A stretch of 64,000 nt of DNA from Azolla caroliniana (Eukaryota; Plantae; Polypodiophyta), in assembly GCA_043228905.1 (NCBI GenBank), contig JBHGNT010000022.1, forward strand, positions 9,114,001-9,178,000, in the 5' to 3' direction. Position 1 is the stretch's first letter. Each line of letters begins with the position of its first letter. A program made the position numbers and the translations under genes. The notes beneath the pieces were generated by a model. That model made no database searches. It saw only the letters and a list, made by a program, of their open reading frames with translations, and was not told where the DNA came from. Shown in pieces: positions 63,401 to 64,000 of this stretch.

Positions 63401-64000
63401 ACCACCCCAAGATGAACCAGATCCAACCACAGTTGCCGAGCTACGTCATGCTCGGGAGGCTTTCGAACACGAACTCGCCATTTCACAACGAGTGAAAGCA
63501 TCAACCCTGGAAACAATAAACCTTGGTTCGGACGAGAATCCCCGTACGTTACAAATTGCCAATAATCTACCAACCGGAGAACGGGCATGCCTCGTAAAAT
63601 TGCTCACCGACTACCAGGATGTTTTCACTTGGTCTTACACGGATATGAAGGGGATGGATCCTCAATACTACCAACATCAAATTCATATCTTACCCGACAC
63701 TCGGCCGGTTTAGCAGAGGCGCTACAGGATGAACCCCAACTACGCAGCTAAAGTCAAAGAGGAAATCGACAAACTACTCCGAGTGGGCTTCATTCGCCCT
63801 GTTAAACGGGCCACGTGGTTGAGCCCGATCGTAGTGGTCCCAAAGAAGAACGGAAAAATCCGTGTCTGCGTCGACTATCGGAAGCTTAACGTGGCAACAG
63901 TCACCGACGGTTTCCCTCTCCCATTCACGGATAGCGTCCTCGACACGGTAGCTAGCCACGAATGCTACATTTTCCTCGACGGGTTCAACGGCTATAACCA
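60477..64000 (+). mobile_element. Ty3/gypsy element D, same lineage as A (5' LTR ~60477-60932, PBS 60938-60950, gag-PR-RT start; runs off the right edge)
   Basis: TGTT...AACA LTR; PBS TGGCACGCCCGGT; Gag and Pol align with A (SKIAEF.LSL, IIDGGSGVNVI, WLSPIVVVPKKNGKIRVCVDYRKLN); four in-frame TAG stops. LTR ends are inferred from one copy. Confidence 0.9.

Noticed and set aside
61566-63713. TAG-for-Gln stops as programmed readthrough or fern-type U-to-C editing
   Set aside because: The stops fall at different positions in A and D, non-coding LTR differences show the same C-to-T bias, and U-to-C editing is organellar. Deamination is the simpler explanation.

Overview
Eukaryotic plant nuclear DNA, probably a fern or other seed-free vascular plant (inferred from the TE families and intron style, not proven). 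It contains three spliced host genes: the 5' part of HUB1/BRE1-like E3 ligase (minus, runs off the left edge), a complete NOC4 (minus, 15 coding exons) and a complete ARPC1 (plus, 15 coding exons, one GC-AG intron). Between head-to-head NOC4 and ARPC1, a full-length non-chromovirus Ty3/gypsy element (element A, 20030-29436, 456-bp LTRs, ATCTC TSD) sits inside a LINE, which adjoins a Copia LTR fragment. The right third is a retrotransposon nest: a decayed Copia is interrupted by a Gag-only element (B), and B contains an intact Copia with identical LTRs (C) and a second A-like gypsy (D). The top candidate novelty is that A has no polypurine tract. The 44 nt before its 3' LTR instead form a hairpin ending in a tRNA-Arg-like 3' end (...CCCACGGACGTGCCA) 2 nt from the LTR, complementary to its own PBS. 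This suggests tRNA-primed or tRNA-mimic-primed plus-strand synthesis. A also carries a large extra ORF after pol, with a diverged homolog in a NOC4 intron, and a Q/N prion-like Gag insert that D replaces with an R/D-rich insert. Coordinates were read by eye and homologies come from memory; no searches were run.
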